64,000 nucleotides of DNA, taken from Chiloscyllium plagiosum. Taxonomy: Eukaryota. The stretch is taken from positions 82,238,600 to 82,302,599 of the forward strand of contig NC_057719.1 in NCBI RefSeq assembly GCF_004010195.1, given 5' to 3'. Shown in pieces: positions 63,403 through 64,000 of this stretch (positions within the stretch are counted from its first letter, which is position 1; each line of letters begins with the position of its first letter). The notes below the pieces were generated by a model. The model saw only the letters and a list, made by a program, of their open reading frames with translations, was not told the DNA's origin and made no database searches. The position numbers and the translations under genes were made by a program.

Positions 63403-63615
63403 AGAATCATAAAATCCCTACAGTGTAGAGCAGACTATTTGGCCTCTTGAGTCCACATCAACCCTCCGAAGACTCACTTTATCCCTGTACCCTGCCTTTC
63501 CCATGGCCAATCTACCTAACCTGCACAGCTTTGGACTGTAGGAGGAAACAGTCCTCAGGCATCGAACCTGAGTCCCTGGCTCTGTGAGGCAACAGTGCTA
63601 ACCACTGAGCCACCA
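63403..63615 (-). mobile_element. HE1 SINE, internally deleted
   Basis: Tail and head present. Confidence 0.8.
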
Positions 63616-63629
63616 TCTCACTCAACAGC

Positions 63630-64000
63630 TATGAGTAGGAATAGACCATTTGGCCCCTCAATCTTGCTCTTCTATTAATAGCTGATCTGATTACTCCACA
63701 TTCCCATCTACCATCATACTTCTCCTCAGTTACCAAGAATCTTATCTTAAAAATATTCAAAGACTCTGCTTCCACTGCCCTTTCAGGAAGGGAACTCCAA
63801 AGACTCACAGCCCTCTGCAAGAAAAGCTTTGCCTTAAATGGGCGATCCCTTATTTCGTACACAGTGACTCCTAGTTTCTGAAATTTCCTGCAGGAGGAAG
63901 CATTCTTCCCGTGTCCATCTTGTTAAGACCATTCAGGATCGAATACACTAAAATCAAATCACCCTCACACTTATAAACCCCAGGGAAAACAAGTCCAATT
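63630..64000 (-). mobile_element. CR1 3' fragment
   Basis: FLQRAVSLWSSLPERAVEAESLNIFK. Confidence 0.8.

Noticed and set aside
1..64000. CRISPR array, prokaryotic operon or RT-based defence system
   Set aside because: Recurrent short repeats are dispersed Penelope/SINE ends with irregular spacing; all RTs are decayed eukaryotic retrotransposon RTs

Overview
Repeat-dense, apparently non-coding eukaryotic DNA (intron or intergenic) from a cartilaginous fish. The shark assignment is inferred from many HE1-type V-SINEs and their partner CR1/HER1-type LINE 3' ends. I cannot support any host protein-coding gene; every recognisable ORF is a decayed retrotransposon fragment. Contents: many CR1-type LINE fragments, HE1 SINEs, Deu-domain SINEs, a second tRNA-derived SINE family, two tandem Tx1-type L1 elements, two Gypsy remnants (one with the Gmr1-type integrase-before-RT order), two Penelope-like (RT + GIY-YIG) remnants, two local tandem duplications, GA/CT simple repeats and two N gaps. 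The most striking structure is a set of ~100-600 bp Penelope terminal-repeat insertions. They carry minimal type-I hammerhead ribozyme motifs, and several are head-to-head fold-backs flanked by 14-16 bp target-site duplications. Repeat boundaries are read by eye and approximate.
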